Positions 1-13,671 of a stretch of DNA of 64,000 bases are shown here, piece after piece. The translations under genes and the position numbers were made by a program. The notes beneath the pieces were generated by a model. The model was not told the origin of the DNA. It saw only the letters and a program-made list of their open reading frames with translations, and did no database searches. Within the stretch, counting starts at the first letter, position 1, and each line of letters starts with the position of its first letter. The DNA lies in NCBI RefSeq assembly GCF_001194135.2, contig NC_068985.1, forward strand, positions 121,548,680-121,612,679. Direction: 5' to 3'. This DNA comes from Octopus bimaculoides (Eukaryota).

Positions 1-1168
1 GGTATTGTGGTCAATTTCAAATGCTTTATTTAGTAACCACAAAGCTTGCTGCATAACCATGGCATGTATTTGTTGCTGTTTCAAATTTCTTAAATATTTG
101 TCTCATCTTATTGTCTAGGCTGTAAGCTAGCTAAGTTTGTATATTAATCTAATAACAACATATGTGGAAAATGGTATGGAAACTCGTTTTTGTGTATCTG
201 TCTTAGTAATGTCTCAATGAACACTACTTTAGATAGAAATTCTAAAGATATTTGAATTGATTGCTTACATATATAATGCTGTGAATAAAGGGATTTCTTA
301 GGAAATTCCAAGGCATGGTAAAGCCAGTCTCCTTATCTTAACTTCAGTATGCAGGACATTAGCTGATGGTGACCTTATTTGGGTTTCTGAAGATCTTGGA
401 GAACTTTCTTTGATAAATTTACAAAACTTGTTTTTAATCAATTTTTCTGTTAGATTAGATCTTTGTAGTGAGTACTTTATAATACAAACTTTTCTTTCTT
501 GTCTTAATTTTGTTGTCTTAGTTGAATTAATATTTAACTTATGGTTCCCTTCTTACTTGCATCCATCTGCATTTTCTTTTTACAAATTTCGTTTGTTTTT
601 TTTTTTTAATTTATTTTTTTAGTTTCTGATGTCAAGTTAATATTTATTTAACATACAGAGCTGTGTCCATCATTTTATAAATTGGAGTAGAATGAAATAT
701 ATTGTTGTATTTAAACCAGTAGGTCAGTGAAAGACCCACGCTTTCAATAACTGCTAGTTTGAAATGAGACAAGTTTTTTTCTTGACATATTTATTGGAAC
801 TACTGTAGTGGAGTTGTTTGTCTCGATCTTCAATTTAGTTGTTTGAAAGATTTTATAATGTCATGTTTCTTGGGTTTTGCTTCTACATTTCTTATTTCAT
901 GTTTATTGGATGTAGCATATTGTTATATCTCCAACAACAATCCCTACTAAAATATTTAACAGATTTTTCAATGAAATTTATTGATCCGTCTACTTGGTGT
1001 CTTCATAACTCGGTGACTGTTTAAATTTAATTTCAGTGGATACACACCTTATTTATTTAACATAATTAAACTTTTACTCTATAAATTCCAAAATAAAAGA
1101 AACTTTTCCCCACCATTTTTAAGGATGTAATTTGTTTCTGTTAGGATTCAAAATATATATATATATAT

Positions 1169-1323
1169 TGGTTGGCGTTAGGAAGGGCATCCAGCTGTAG
1201 AAACTCTGCCAAATCAGACTGGAGCCTGGTGTTGCCATCCGGTTTCACCAGTCCTCAGTCAAATCGTCCAACCCATGCTAGCATGGAAAGCGGACGTTAA
1301 ACGATGATGATGATGATGATGAT
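1169..1323 (+). mobile_element. 5'-truncated RTE-type 3' tail (young copy) ending in (GAT)n
   Basis: GGAAGGGCATCCAGCTGTAGAAAC...ACCCATGCTAGCATGGAAAGCGGACGTTAAACGATGATGAT. The same tail terminates the RTE coding remnant at 5887-6700 and recurs many times; CpGs are retained. Confidence 0.8.
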
Positions 1324-1833
1324 ATTATACATCAAGCTCTGAACTACTTAGCTGGTGCTAAATCTAACAAGATTTCTTCATTGTACCAATTAAACATAAG
1401 TTAGAAAAATGTTCTTTCTTTGCTAGGCTCTCCGGCTATAACCAGTGTTAAGACAGCATGTACTGACATTTCATTTATTCTATTTACATGGGGGTCTCAT
1501 TTTTGTTCTTTTTTCTACCCCCTTCCATCTGTTTACAAGGTGACTAAAGCTGTACATGGAATTGTATATAATATTTGCAATAAAGTAAGAAAAAAAAAAG
1601 GATTTTCTATAACAATTTTCTTTGTTTTCATTCCAAATTTTTACTGAAATAGTGCCTTTTTTTATTTTATTTATTTTATCTATTTATTTATTTTTGGTGA
1701 AGTCCTGAGCTTAACAGGGTTTTAGTTCACTAAATGGTAACTTTAGAGGGATACAAACCCATCACTGTATACGATTTACATTAATCAAACTAGTGTCCTC
1801 ATATTGTTTGTTGCTTTCACTGTTTTATTTCAG

Positions 1834-1897
1834 ATGTCTTGTGGACACCAGTCCATCTAATGTAAACACGGTACATAATATAAATTCCACCATCACT
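1834..1897 (+). other. Possible isolated 64-nt exon (xCLVDTSPSNVNTVHNINSTIT)
   Basis: Acceptor ttttatttcag and donor ACT|gtatgt; only one of three frames is open; no partner exons identified. Confidence 0.2.
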
Positions 1898-2550
1898 GTA
1901 TGTTTAGTAAATTCCTTTCAGGTTTAAGGCCACCATTAAATGTTATTGATTTGACACATGCCCACCGCTATAATGTTTCCTTAATTTTAGTTGTATTGAA
2001 TATATACAACACTATATGACAGAACCGCTGCATGGTCACTCAAGCTAATTCCATTGCACTAAACTCATAAGGAAGAATATCTGTTACTTTGGAGACATTG
2101 AGGATTATGATTTTGCCCAACAAGGGAATGTTATGCAATCACTCAGCTTGTTTGGATAGCAGCCAACTCTCCTTCATATCAATCTTGAAATATAGTGAAG
2201 CAGAATCTAGGTTTGCATATTGGGGCGATTCTTGCTGGAGAACATTTCGGATTCTATCAGTACAGTCATTTTCCTGTGCCAGCACTAAATCCTTGCTTGA
2301 CATGTAAAGTGATTGTTTTGGAGGGAAATAACGTCAAGCCACTATGTAGAATGAAAGATCACTGGGTTTGGATACATTTGACAAATAGAAAGATTTTAAT
2401 ATTACCTACAGTAAGGAAAAAAAGCGACTGATGGTGGTTTGTTTCAATCTGCCTTTTCGTCGAAGTTGGAGAGTTGCCTCCCCTTATGAATAAACTACAA
2501 GAGCTTCACACCAGTAAACAAGCTTGCATATTTTTTCTAATATATATACA

Positions 2551-3775
2551 CTAGCAAATGCACCCGTCCTTTGGACGATTTAAGTCGTTTGGTCTTATTT
2601 TTTTTCACCAAATGAACTGCCTAGAAGGTTTATGAGTAGCACGGCAATCTATGTTTCTGATTAACTTAGAAATGGAAAATGTAATTGAAGGCTGGTTATT
2701 GTGGAGATTGCTGCATTTTAAGGATCATAGAGTATATAAGTTTGCAAAGTAGAGCTACTGAAGCGTTTTGGGAGTAGATTACAGATAATGACTAAAAAAT
2801 ATAGTTGTTTTACATCAAAGCGAAATTTCTTGTCAGAAACCGCCACAAATGGTGTAAGGAAGACATTGAAAATTCCCCTCTGTAAGTTTATTTTATTCAA
2901 CAGCAATAGGAGCTATTTTTTTCGGAGGGATAAGCTAACAAAAGCTCCTTTATTCACATAGCCTGTGCATAAAGTTAAATTGGTATGGAGCTTTCTGAAA
3001 GATGTGTAGCTTTCATTAGTGGAAGCAAAACTCTTAAGGTTGCTTCTTTGGGACGAATCATGTGATTGTTTAAAAAGGGCTTGAAAAACAATGGACGAAA
3101 GTCGAAATATAATGGATGGGTAAATAATCATCTTTAAAGTGAAACAAAACTATCAACAAATAGAGGAGAGGGATGGTAACCTCAAACTTTCAAGTAACTC
3201 AGAATGGGTAAAAGGTAAGCTTGCAAAAGTTTAATGCAGTTTGAATATGTAGATTAAAATAGTTTTGTATTGGATGTTCATTGCAAACAGTTCTAGTCAA
3301 TTGAATCACCATTGTAGGTGGACACTGAAATTAAATAGACAAAATCCTTTCACTTTTATAAAAAGATTAAAAGGTATGGAAGACCCTACATACAAAAAAA
3401 TTATGTCCATTTACATCCAATTACTCGGGAGCTCTGGGCAAAATGTTACAGTATATGACCATCATTGGGACATAAGTAATGTGTATGTAAAGTTTAGGGA
3501 AAATCGGTTGAGAATTGTGGAAATGTATGTGTTAGTCATACACAGATACTGTGATTTATATAGGCAGACAGTGGAAATAAATAAAATCCTTTCACTTTTA
3601 TAAAAAGTATGGAAAACCCTACATAAAAAAAAAGAAACTATGTCCATTTATGCAGGAGCTCTGGGCAAAATGTTATAGTGCAGAGCTATCCTTGGGACAT
3701 AAGTAATGGATGTGTAAAATTGGTTGAGAATTGTGGAAATGTATGAGTTAGATATTGTGATCTATATATACTAGA
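2551..3775 (-). mobile_element. Non-autonomous Helitron-like element with internal ~250-bp tandem duplication
   Basis: On the minus strand the 3' end is a CGTCC-AAA-GGACG hairpin followed by ...GCTAG|t; the 5' end is a|TCTAGTATATATAG. Direct repeat between ~3343-3580 and ~3583-3760. Confidence 0.6.
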
Positions 3776-4084
3776 TAAGTGAATGAATGTTTGTTGGATT
3801 CTACAAAGAATATTCAGTTGTTTGATCATCTGCACATTAAATTATACTGTAAGGAGCTGAATATTCCACAGACACATTCAGAATCAATGTGACATGGCTG
3901 GATTAGAATCAATCTATCCAATGAGCTTCCACATAATTTCAGGTTTGTGTCAACCAGTGACCATAATAAGTGACACTTGCCCAAGATTCTACAGTAGGAT
4001 TGAACCTGGGACTCCATGATTGCAAACCAAACTTCTTAACCATTTGGCTATGCTACATGCATTTTATATATAGATAGATAGATT

Positions 4085-4450
4085 TGAAATTTTCACACAA
4101 GACCAACAGTTTTGGGGATGTGTAAATTGACAACAGTGCTCAACTGGTACTTATTTTATCAAAGATGAACAGCAAAGTTGACCCCAGCAGAATTTGAAGT
4201 CAAAATGTACAGACATAAAATGTCACTTAGCATTTTGCCCGATATGCTAATGATTCTACCATCTCACCACCTTGTTTCCAAATTTTGGCACAGGGCTAGC
4301 ATGTACGAGGGAGGGTGTAGGTCAATCACATTGACCCCAAAAGGATGAAAGGCAAAGTCAACCTCGACAGATTTTGAATTCAGAACCTAAAGAAGGATGA
4401 AATGACACTAAGCACTTTGACTGGCATGCTAACTATTCTACCAGCTTGCT
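4085..4450 (-). mobile_element. Two tandem tRNA-head SINEs of the Nin/Deu-domain-like family
   Basis: Reverse complement has A/B-box-like head and the GACTTTGCCTTTCATCCTTT..GGGGTC core seen in many other copies in the window. Confidence 0.65.
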
Positions 4451-4475
4451 GTCTTTATATATATATATATATACA

Positions 4476-5088
4476 CTAGCAGCTAAGCCCAGTTTCATCC
4501 GGTCTATTTGGATGATGTGGCTGTGATCGTTTTCGGTTAGGCATAATCTCTAAAAGCGTTTCTCAGCCTTATCATTTCGGGTCCCCTGTTTTGATTGGAG
4601 CCTCCAGCTGTATGAAAATCCCCCCCCCCCACTCCCCCGAGGCGGCGATCTTTTGAAGTGGGCGTCGAATGAAGAAACATGGATAGTTTTATAACTGAAC
4701 TTCTTTTGAAGTTGTAGTGAGAGGGGAGAATTGATGTGCGTGCATATGTCTGTGTGTGTTTGATGGGGTGTGGTGACAGAGAGTAATGTTGATGGTGTAT
4801 GTGTATATGAGAGAGAAAGAAAGAGAGAGATAAATGAAATTTATCATTCAGTTTATTTATTATGTATATATGTATGAATGGCTTCAGTGACACACACTCA
4901 CGCAGGTTGTTTTAATCGATTTTCTCTGTAAGTGTGGGGGCTAGGTAAAAAATAGAAAGCGCATTCCAATCTAAGCACCCGTCTCCACATGTGTGCCATT
5001 TTTCACGCAAATCCACCCAGCCGTTTGGCCGTGAACTTCAAGACAAGAAAGAATACAACGCTCGGCCAACTTCAATTTATATTATAGA
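4476..5088 (-). mobile_element. Non-autonomous Helitron-like element
   Basis: 3' CTAG end with subterminal degenerate hairpin (cccagt-ttc-atccgg), inserted next to a (TA)n tract; 5' end TCTATAATATAAATTG. Confidence 0.55.
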
Positions 5089-5886
5089 ATGACATGACAG
5101 GCTTTCACAGTTTCTGCTTCCAAATTTCGTTCACAAAGCATTAGTGAACCATGGCTATGAAGGAAGACAACTTTCTAGTGTGTTACAAGCTGAGATTGAA
5201 GTTGGCACCATCCTGTGGTTGTGAAGTAAATTTTTTTAACCACTTGTACACCTATTATGTAACTAAAGAACAGCATATCCACTATGTTTCTAAATTTGCT
5301 TAGGTGTATGTTTCCTTTTACACCAGGATTCTTTTGCTCAACATTCATATATATGATCCCTCACTATGTAAAAACATTTTTTAAAAAGTGCTTCATAAAT
5401 GTCTGCCGGCTATTAATAATTTTACATAGGTATTCAATAATTTGCATTTGTTTAGATCTAAACATTTTCACCATTCATTCCAAGGTGAATCAAACAAGTT
5501 TGATTTAAAAATAAATTTGTGTCATTTTAGTTGTTTCTAAGAATAGAATTAAGTTGGAGAAGTTTAGTAGCTTAATACTGAGTTATGCCACCGCCAGCTC
5601 ATAACAATAGAGAAGTAAAGAAATGAGAATATTCACATGTGTAAACATCAAAACAGCAAAATAAATAAAATAAACTAAAATTTTGACTATTGACAGAAAG
5701 TCCCTCGCGATCCAAATTTCTGAGTCAGTTTCAGTCATTAGTGGACACCTATTCACTTCGGCCAATGAAGGAGCTTTGTATATAATCAATTACTAAACAT
5801 ATTTAAAATAGCAGCTAAATTTCTCTTACCATCTTAAAATCAGAATAGATACATCAGTTAATATAGTCCTATTTATCTATTATATA

Positions 5887-6700
5887 TCATCATCATCATT
5901 CAACATCCATTTTCCATGCTGGCATGGGTTGGATGGTTTGACCAGAGTGAGTAAGGCCAGGGGCTGCACCAGACTCCATTGTCTGTTCTGGCACAGTTAC
6001 TACAGCTGGATGCCCTTCTTAACACCAACCACTTTACAGTGTGTACTGGGTGGTTTTTAAGTGATACCAGCACCGGCATCAATTCTGCTGTGATGGATGG
6101 GTCTTTTTGAGTATAGCACCAGATAGTTCGACCCTTTGTCATCTCCTTCATAAAGTTCAGTGTCTTGAGATTGGCCTTCAATACTTCATTTCATGTTTTC
6201 CTGGGTCTCCCTTCTCCACAAGTTCCATCGACTTTAAGTGATTGGCACTTCTGTCTACATTCATATGCATCACATGACCAAACCAGTGCAGTCATCTCTT
6301 TTGCTCACTCTATCTAATTTCTCTTATGCCCAACTTTTCTCTCAATGCACTAACATTCTGTTGCACATCTAGTGGAGCATACTAGCTTCATTCCTCTCTA
6401 GCCTTTATTCAGAGCCTATGTCTCAATACTATGTAGCATTGTTGTTCGTATACATGCATCATACAATCTTTCTTTCACTCAGAGAGAGAAACCTTTGGTT
6501 ACCAACAGAGATAAAAGCTCTCTGAATTTTCTCCACCCTATTCTTATTCTAGCAATTACACTTTTGGTGCATCTTCCCCCACAGCTAATTAGGTCCCCTA
6601 AGTACCAGAAGTTATCCATTACTTCTAAAGAGCTTCTGGGATATTTGAGAGAATCAATACAGACAGCATCTTTGATCAGGCTGACCCTTGGTTTAGTCAA
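5887..6700 (-). mobile_element. RTE-clade LINE remnant (RT C-terminus plus 3' UTR)
   Basis: Translation LEVMDNFWYLGDLISCGGRCTKSVIARIRIGWRKFRELLSLLVTKGFSL*VKERLYDACIRTTMLHS is typical of the RTE RT C-terminal region; ends in the (GAT)n tail. Confidence 0.85.
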
Positions 6701-7227
6701 TCTTAAGTCACAAACATCATAGGATCACCTTAAACCCCTCTAAAATGCAGGGCTTTTGTGTCAAGAAACAAAAAGAATGTGGAGGGCTTCTCCGTCCAGT
6801 AACAGAAGAAAAAGAGTAATCCCTAGATTTTGAGGAGACACAAAAATAAGAATTGATACAAAAACGGTGTAAATGAACTGTTCATGTTTTACAAAGTAGT
6901 GTTCCAAGAAATACAAAGATTTAGCAAGCAAGACATATGAATTTCTATGACAGCAAAATACATAATGTCAGTTTATTGTAGAAAGAGAAAATATGTAATA
7001 GTTTAGACTAAGCCTTTGCTGATCAAATTCCCTGTATTAATGGGTTTGCCTGAAATGTCAGCTAGTCATATGAGGAGGACATGTCTAATAGATCTTGCCT
7101 GTTATTTTTACTTTAATTGTTAATAAACACCCTCTTTTCTTGACAGTAAAATCTAATTTCATTTAGAGAAAACTGCAAATGACATTGAGAAATCCAACAT
7201 GTTAATGCTATTATATCTAAACTAACA

Positions 7228-7620
7228 CAGGCATGGATGTGTGCTTAGAAGTTTACTTCCCAACCACATGGGTTCGAGTTCAGTCTCACAGTGTGACACA
7301 TTGGCTAAGTGTCTTCTGCTATAGCCCTGGGCCAACCAAAGCCTTGTGAATGGATTTGATGGACAGAAACTGGAAGAATCCTGTCATGTATGTATGGGCA
7401 TGAGTGTATGTTACTGTCTCCTTGCTTTGATATCATGTGACATTTGTAGGTGAGTGCCACTGTCATGCAAGCAGTGTCCTTTATTTCCAATCTTCCATGA
7501 AAACATGTCTGGTCATGGGAAAATATTACCTTACTTGTCAACAGGTGGGGGTTGGTAACAGGAAAGGCATTCAGCTGTAGAAAATTCTGCCTCAACGAAT
7601 TTCACATGGAAATGTGGATG
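7228..7620 (+). mobile_element. tRNA-derived CORE-type SINE with RTE-like tail
   Basis: tRNA-like head, GGCTAAGTGTCTTCTGCTATAGCC core, and GGAAAGGCATTCAGCTGTAGAAA tail. Confidence 0.7.
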
Positions 7621-8019
7621 TTAAAAAACAATAAATGTAGAGGAATATAATTGTTTCTAAAGCAGAAATCCTGAAATTTGTGGGGAAGAGTTAGTTGATT
7701 AAATCAACTGTAATACTTTGCAAGTATTTTATTTTATTGAGTCTAGATGGATGAAAGCTGCCTCTGCAAGATCTGAGCCTATAACATAAAAAGCAAGAAG
7801 AAATACTGCAAGGTATTTTGTCCAATACTGATGATTCTGCCAATCAACAACCTTTAGAAAAAGTATAGTAATGTAACCAACTGAATTAACATCAGTATAT
7901 TAAGGTACCCATTCTATTGCACCTGCAACAATTAACAGCAAACACAAGCTAAAACAAGACTTGAACTTAGAATCATATACCTGTCGATATTTTAGTTCCT
8001 GTATTTATGAACAATAGAT

Positions 8020-9115
8020 GCATGTGTGACTGAGAAGCTTACCTCCCAATCATGTAGTTTTGGGTTCAGTCTCATTGCACAGCACCTTGGGCAAATGTCT
8101 TTTACTATAGCCTTGGGCCAACTAATGCCTTTCTGAGTAGATTTGGTTGACGTAAACTGAAAGAAGCCTGTCTTATATGTGTGTGTGTGTGTGTGTATTT
8201 ATTTATTTATGCATGTATGTGTATAAGTGTATGTTTGTCCACCACCACTGCTTGACAACAAGTGTTGGTTTGTTTACATCCCCATAACTTAGCAGTTCAG
8301 CAAAACAAACTGATAGGATAACTACTAGTCTTTAAAAAATAAGTACTGGCCCAAGGATACAGTAAAAGATACTTGCCCAAGGTGCCACGCAGTGGGACTG
8401 AACCCGGAACCATGAGGTTGGGAAGCAAGCTTCTTACCACACAGCCACACCTACACCAATGTTTATCAAATTTCAGTTGCATGGTAATGAATGGTCAAAA
8501 CTTGATAAGGACAGTGCTATGTACTAGGTGGTAAAATCAGGAGCCCCACAAATAGCTTGCATAAAATTTCTTAATCCAATAAAACCATAAAAACAAGAGC
8601 GGGTGATGTCAGCACTGGAACAAAGAGAGGTGGAGGCCATGGGTGGATTGCAAGATTTCTTGTATAGTATTATGACTTGTCATATGGTTTGACATGAAAA
8701 TATTTCAAATTTTGCCAACCCCTAATCCTTTTATCTTTTTACTTTTTCCATCTTTGGACAGTGGCCATATTGGAGAACTATCTTGAAGGGTTTTAGTCAA
8801 ACAAATCAACACCAGTACTTATTCATTTTTTTATTAGTTTCTTTGCTCGAACTGCTAAGTTATGGGGACATAAACAAACCAATTCCTGTTGTTAAGTAGT
8901 GATGGAGGACAAACACTCACACTCACACACATGTAGATATATATATAAATATATATAACTGGTTTCTTTCAGTTCTGTTCTACCAGATCCACTCACAAGG
9001 ATTTTGTTAGTCTGGGACTATTGTAGAAGACACTTGTCCAAGGCACCATGGAGTTGGGCTGAACTCAGAAGCATGTGGTTAGGAAGCAAACTTCTTACCA
9101 CACAGCCACACCTGC
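8020..9115. mobile_element. Cluster of CORE-type SINE copies in both orientations
   Basis: Plus copy ~8020-8350, minus head ~8345-8455 and minus copy ~8740-9115 all match the family seen intact at 29795-30211 and 62997-63401. Confidence 0.7.
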
Positions 9116-9516
9116 TGATATGGAGGATTGTAAAAATATAGAGTTTTGTTCCCAATTATAATTTTTCAACTACATTTTTCAGCTGATATAATAAGGGTGA
9201 TGGCTGAAGGATGTAGAGAAAATTGGTTAGACACAAGGTGAATTTTAAATGGTAAGGGTTGCAGTAAATTAACTCAAGTCATGCTGAAATTTAATCCTTT
9301 TCTTGCAATTTTTATAAATATATAGTTTAACCATCAGTGGAGGAAAGACAGTTATCTTGCTTATTGAAGGAGAGCATGGGAAGAAACAATGGTTCAGGAG
9401 TTGCTGCAGTAACAGCACTATCAAAATATCTTCATAAAGAGCGATAGCTATGAAATTTTAAAGGTGACATTACTGGTAGACATTTTAAAAAAAACAAATC
9501 GTAAAACAGCATTTAC

Positions 9517-9576
9517 TCTGTTGCTGCATCTCTTCCAGCCATATCAAAAGTAATAACATGAATCCTTTCCACTGAC
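9517..9576 (-). other. Candidate 60-nt exon
   Basis: Acceptor cacatatttcag, donor AGA|gtaaat; two frames open. Confidence 0.2.
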
Positions 9577-9640
9577 CTGAAATATGTGACACAACTAGGC
9601 TGAAATTGTAATCTTTCAATTCTTACACCCATCTGCAATT

Positions 9641-10135
9641 ATTCCAGAGCAAGGCTAAATATAAATACACTCATATGGAATTTAGTCTGTTTTCATTTCA
9701 GAACAAAGCTAAAAACATTCTTATATGGAATTTCGTCTATATGTTCATTTTAATGCAAAGCTAAATATAGATATTTATATATGAAACTTAGTTCATATTC
9801 ATTTCAAAGCAAGACTAAATATTCTTATTAAGGATTTAGTTTTAATTCCAGTGCAAGACTAAATATTTATCTATATACGGAATTCAGTCTACATAATTAT
9901 TCCAGAAAAAGGCTAAAAATATATATTCTAGCATAAGATTTAGTCTTTATTCTGGAACAAATTTAATTATGTATTATTTATATGTGGAATTCAGTTTATA
10001 TGATTATTCCAGAATGAGGCTAAATATATATTCTTACATGGAATTTAGTCTTCATTCCAAAGAAAAGCTAAATATATCTTACATGGAATTTAGTCTTCAT
10101 TCTTGATCAAACCTAAATACATATTCTTATAAAGA
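9641..10135. repeat. Degenerate minisatellite, ~10 units of 45-55 bp, each self-complementary
   Basis: Repeated unit RGCTAAATAT(AT)ATTCTTAYATGGAATTTAGTCTT(C)ATTCCAGA. Confidence 0.75.
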
Positions 10136-10493
10136 ATCCAGCATGTTATTCTGTGTTCAAATTCCACCAATTTCAACTTTACCTTTCATTCCTCCAAGAT
10201 TGGAGCAGTGCCCATGACTCTTTTCAGGGCCTGTGGGACTGGTATGAAAGGAAAAAGGATGGCATCCTCAAACTGGAGACCTGGCCCAAATGCTTGTAAC
10301 AGAGTGGACTTTGCCAATACCACAAAATATTCTCCCATCCAATAGTCCACTGGACCTGGGAAGGATGAAGAGCAAAGTTGACCTTGACAGGAAATGAACT
10401 CAGAATGCGAGGTATCATATCAAGTATACATGTTTCCTACAAATATATGATCTTCTAAATATCAATATAGTTACACAACTTGCAATCTACATG

Positions 10494-10718
10494 TTAACCC
10501 TTTTCATACAAAACCACCTGAGACTGCCTCTGGTTCTATGATACAAACTTCCTTGTTTTAAGTGACTTGAATTAAAACCATCCATCAAAATTTCATATTT
10601 AATTTACGTCTCAAACACCAGCTTAGTAAGTTATTTCAATAAATTCTTCATTATTTTCAAAATTATTTGAAACAAAAATAGTGCACTCCAACACAGTGTA
10701 TAGTCACAAAAGGGCTAA
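10494..10718. mobile_element. piggyBac-type MITE
   Basis: TTAA-CCCTTT...AAAGGG-CTAA termini; same family at 22758-23111 and 50702-50912. Confidence 0.7.
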
Positions 10719-10739
10719 ACCAAACCAAAACCATTGATC

Positions 10740-11104
10740 CCAAAGTAAGCTGAGAGCATAAAATCCTTCATACATTTTGTTTTTTACCATTTAGTCAGGC
10801 ATGAGAAGGGCAGCACCCACAAATCTTTTTCTTTTTGGGATTCTAAGGCTGTTGATAAGGAGGGAGGGAGTTTTAACAGGTTCCATAAGACTGGAATTTT
10901 GGAATCTGCCCATAAAGATCAGTAGTATGGGATACTTGTGTCATGATTAGAATTTTTTTAGGGTGCATAAAGAGGGAAAGAACCCTCATCTGCAATTTTG
11001 ATGAAATTCGAATCATAGGTATCCCAGTTCATTAGAGAAAATATAACAAAAAAGTCTAATTCTTCCATTGCATGTAACACGAGCAACGCTGGGTATCTCT
11101 GCTA

Positions 11105-11105
<1 letters not shown>
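10740..11105 (+). mobile_element. Helitron-like 3' end (start uncertain)
   Basis: CACGAGCAACGCTGGGT degenerate hairpin followed by ATCTCTGCTAG|T and a (TA)n tract. Confidence 0.4.
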
Positions 11106-11141
<36 letters not shown>

Positions 11142-11474
11142 TGGGGGAATGTATGTAAAATGACAGACAGACAGACATGTACTGCTATGTAACATAGGTC
11201 ATATTTCGGCATATATATTCTTTTCAGCTCATGATTCGCTCCACTGCTATAACAAGTTTCTACATCTTGCTTATGTGCATTCATCCAGGCAACAAGTCAA
11301 CTAAATGAATGTACACAAAATGAGAAACTTGAGTAATGATCAAGTTAATACTCAGCTTCAAATGAATGTGAGAGTGTGTGTAATGTGAGATATATTGCAT
11401 GCACACAAACAATATATATACATACAAATATACACATGCACACAACCATATATATATATATATATACACACACA

Positions 11475-11535
<61 letters not shown>

Positions 11536-11620
11536 TACAATATATATATATATACACACACACACACATAAATGCACATATATGCACATACATATATACA
11601 TACACACACACACACACACA
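11106..11620. repeat. Compound (TA)n/(CA)n microsatellite field
   Basis: Direct reading; source of the spurious YI/HT ORFs in the track. Confidence 0.9.
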
Positions 11621-11969
11621 TAATCTATTTGATGTATGTAAACTTTCTTAATCATGTTTTGAAGCTTGTGTGGGATTTAACACTAAAGTTAATGAGACGG
11701 TTTCATCAGTCAGTTGATTATGAAGGTTTTACCAGATGCTGTAATATGAACTTAACCTCAGTTACACATATCATATAAACTGTACTACATTTTGTACAGA
11801 ACAGTGTGCTTAGAAATGAAATGTGCCTAAATAGTGTATATAGTGTATATATATGCTTGCTTGGCCTGAGGGAACTCTTGTCAAATTGCTAATCCCCTAC
11901 TGTCTTCAGTAACTTTAGGGCTTTAAACCCTAAGAATTTCTACTGCAAGACTTTATATTTATATCAGTT

Positions 11970-12545
11970 TCAGATTTTGGCACAAGACCAACAACTTGTC
12001 AGGAAGAGGGAAGTTGATTATATCAACCCCAGTACTCAACTGGTATTTATTTAATTGACACTGAAAGAGACGAAAAACAAAGTGAACCTAAGCAGAATTT
12101 GAACTCAGAATGTAAAGACTGATGAAATGTTGCTAAGTGCTTTGCCTGGTGTGTTAACGACTCAGCCAGCTCACCACTTTACTTAACATTTATATCAATC
12201 GGATGCCTTGTCACATGTGTTGTACAATGTGTAATTAATAATTATAAACATTAGAGTAAATGTGGTGAGAGGATAAGAAACTTGGCTTTCCAACCATGAA
12301 CCATGTGGTCCCACTGTGTGACATCTTGGGCAAATGTCTACTATAGCCCTGAGTCAATCAAAGCTTTGTGAGTATATTGGGCAGACAGAAACTGAAAGAA
12401 GCCCATCATGTATATGAACATATATGGGGCAGGAGACTTTATGTTTGTGCTGTGTTTGTCCTCCACCACTACCTAACAACCGCTGTTGGTTTGTTTACAT
12501 ACCTATAACTTAGCTGCCGGCAAAATCCGGCCAATACCAGTTTTA
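11970..12545. mobile_element. Nin/Deu-like SINE (minus) followed by CORE-type SINE (plus)
   Basis: Matches to the two dominant SINE families in this window. Confidence 0.65.
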
Positions 12546-13341
12546 AAGTACATAGAGGAGCTGATTGACGAAATATTTGAAGGGATGAATGAATGACTGA
12601 ATGAATGAGTGAGTGAATGAACGGAAGGATGGCTACGCAACATTAGTAACTTCAGAGTAAGAGCTAGACCAAGGATTCACAACTATTTTTCACCAATAGA
12701 CCCCCTTTGATTACTATTTTATTTTAGTAGACCTCCATAGCCATTCAATGTTTAAAAGCTAGTTTTATAGATACTTCTTTCAAAATTTCTATTTTGTTTC
12801 TCACACATTAACTTGTTGTGTAGGTTTAGCTACGTAACTGGTAGAGAAAGAAACCCAGCTGTTTCTTGCAATATATACCAATACATGCATTTAAAGCAAA
12901 TTTTTTCAAGGACTCTTAAAATACTATTGTGGGTCCCCAATTTATTATTTTGTTTCATGGACCCCCAAAAATTTTCTATGAACCCCGGTTGAGAACCACT
13001 CAGCTAGACAGACCCACAGACACAAGGCTATCTGGAGAAGTACTAATTACTGCATATGACAAGAGGGAGGAACAGACAAAAAGTAACAACATAACGGACA
13101 AGCTAGGAGCTTCTACAAGAGAATGTGCTGTGAACAACAGACTAAATCTGTGGCTGGTGCAAGGCTCCAGTATGCAAAATGCCATGACGGTGGAATGGTA
13201 TGGTAGCTTTGTCTTGGGCCTTAACTCTTAATGAGGTTGTAGGGATGCTGCCTTAATAAATAGCATTTCTCGGATACTTTTAGACCTGGCAAAACCCATC
13301 CCTATTCAGGTCTGATCACAGCAAATTTCTCCCAGAAAGAC

Positions 13342-13346
<5 letters not shown>

Positions 13347-13405
<59 letters not shown>

Positions 13406-13414
13406 AGAGAGAGG

Positions 13415-13457
<43 letters not shown>

Positions 13458-13458
13458 G
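13347..13458. repeat. (GA)n microsatellite
   Basis: Direct reading. Confidence 0.95.
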
Positions 13459-13671
13459 AAGACAAGAGCCAATACCATGTATAGAATTGATCAACTTATC
13501 TACCTTGAAGGGATAGACAATGAAAATTGACTTTATTGATATTTAAAGTTGGACTATAAAGAGATGGAGTGAATACTGCAAGTTAATCTATCTGATGCTC
13601 TAATCATCAACATTTACATTATTTACATTATTTACATTTGACGGATATTTGTCCTCATCTTGTTTGTTGTT

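Noticed and set aside
2089-2431. Less AT-rich stretch with 55-78-aa ORFs on both strands
   Set aside because: No recognisable homology and no consistent splice sites.
11102-11655. ORFs rich in YI/HT/CV repeats here and at 27365-27810, 40726-41055, 44173-44546 and 52603-53033
   Set aside because: Translations of (TA)n/(CA)n microsatellites.
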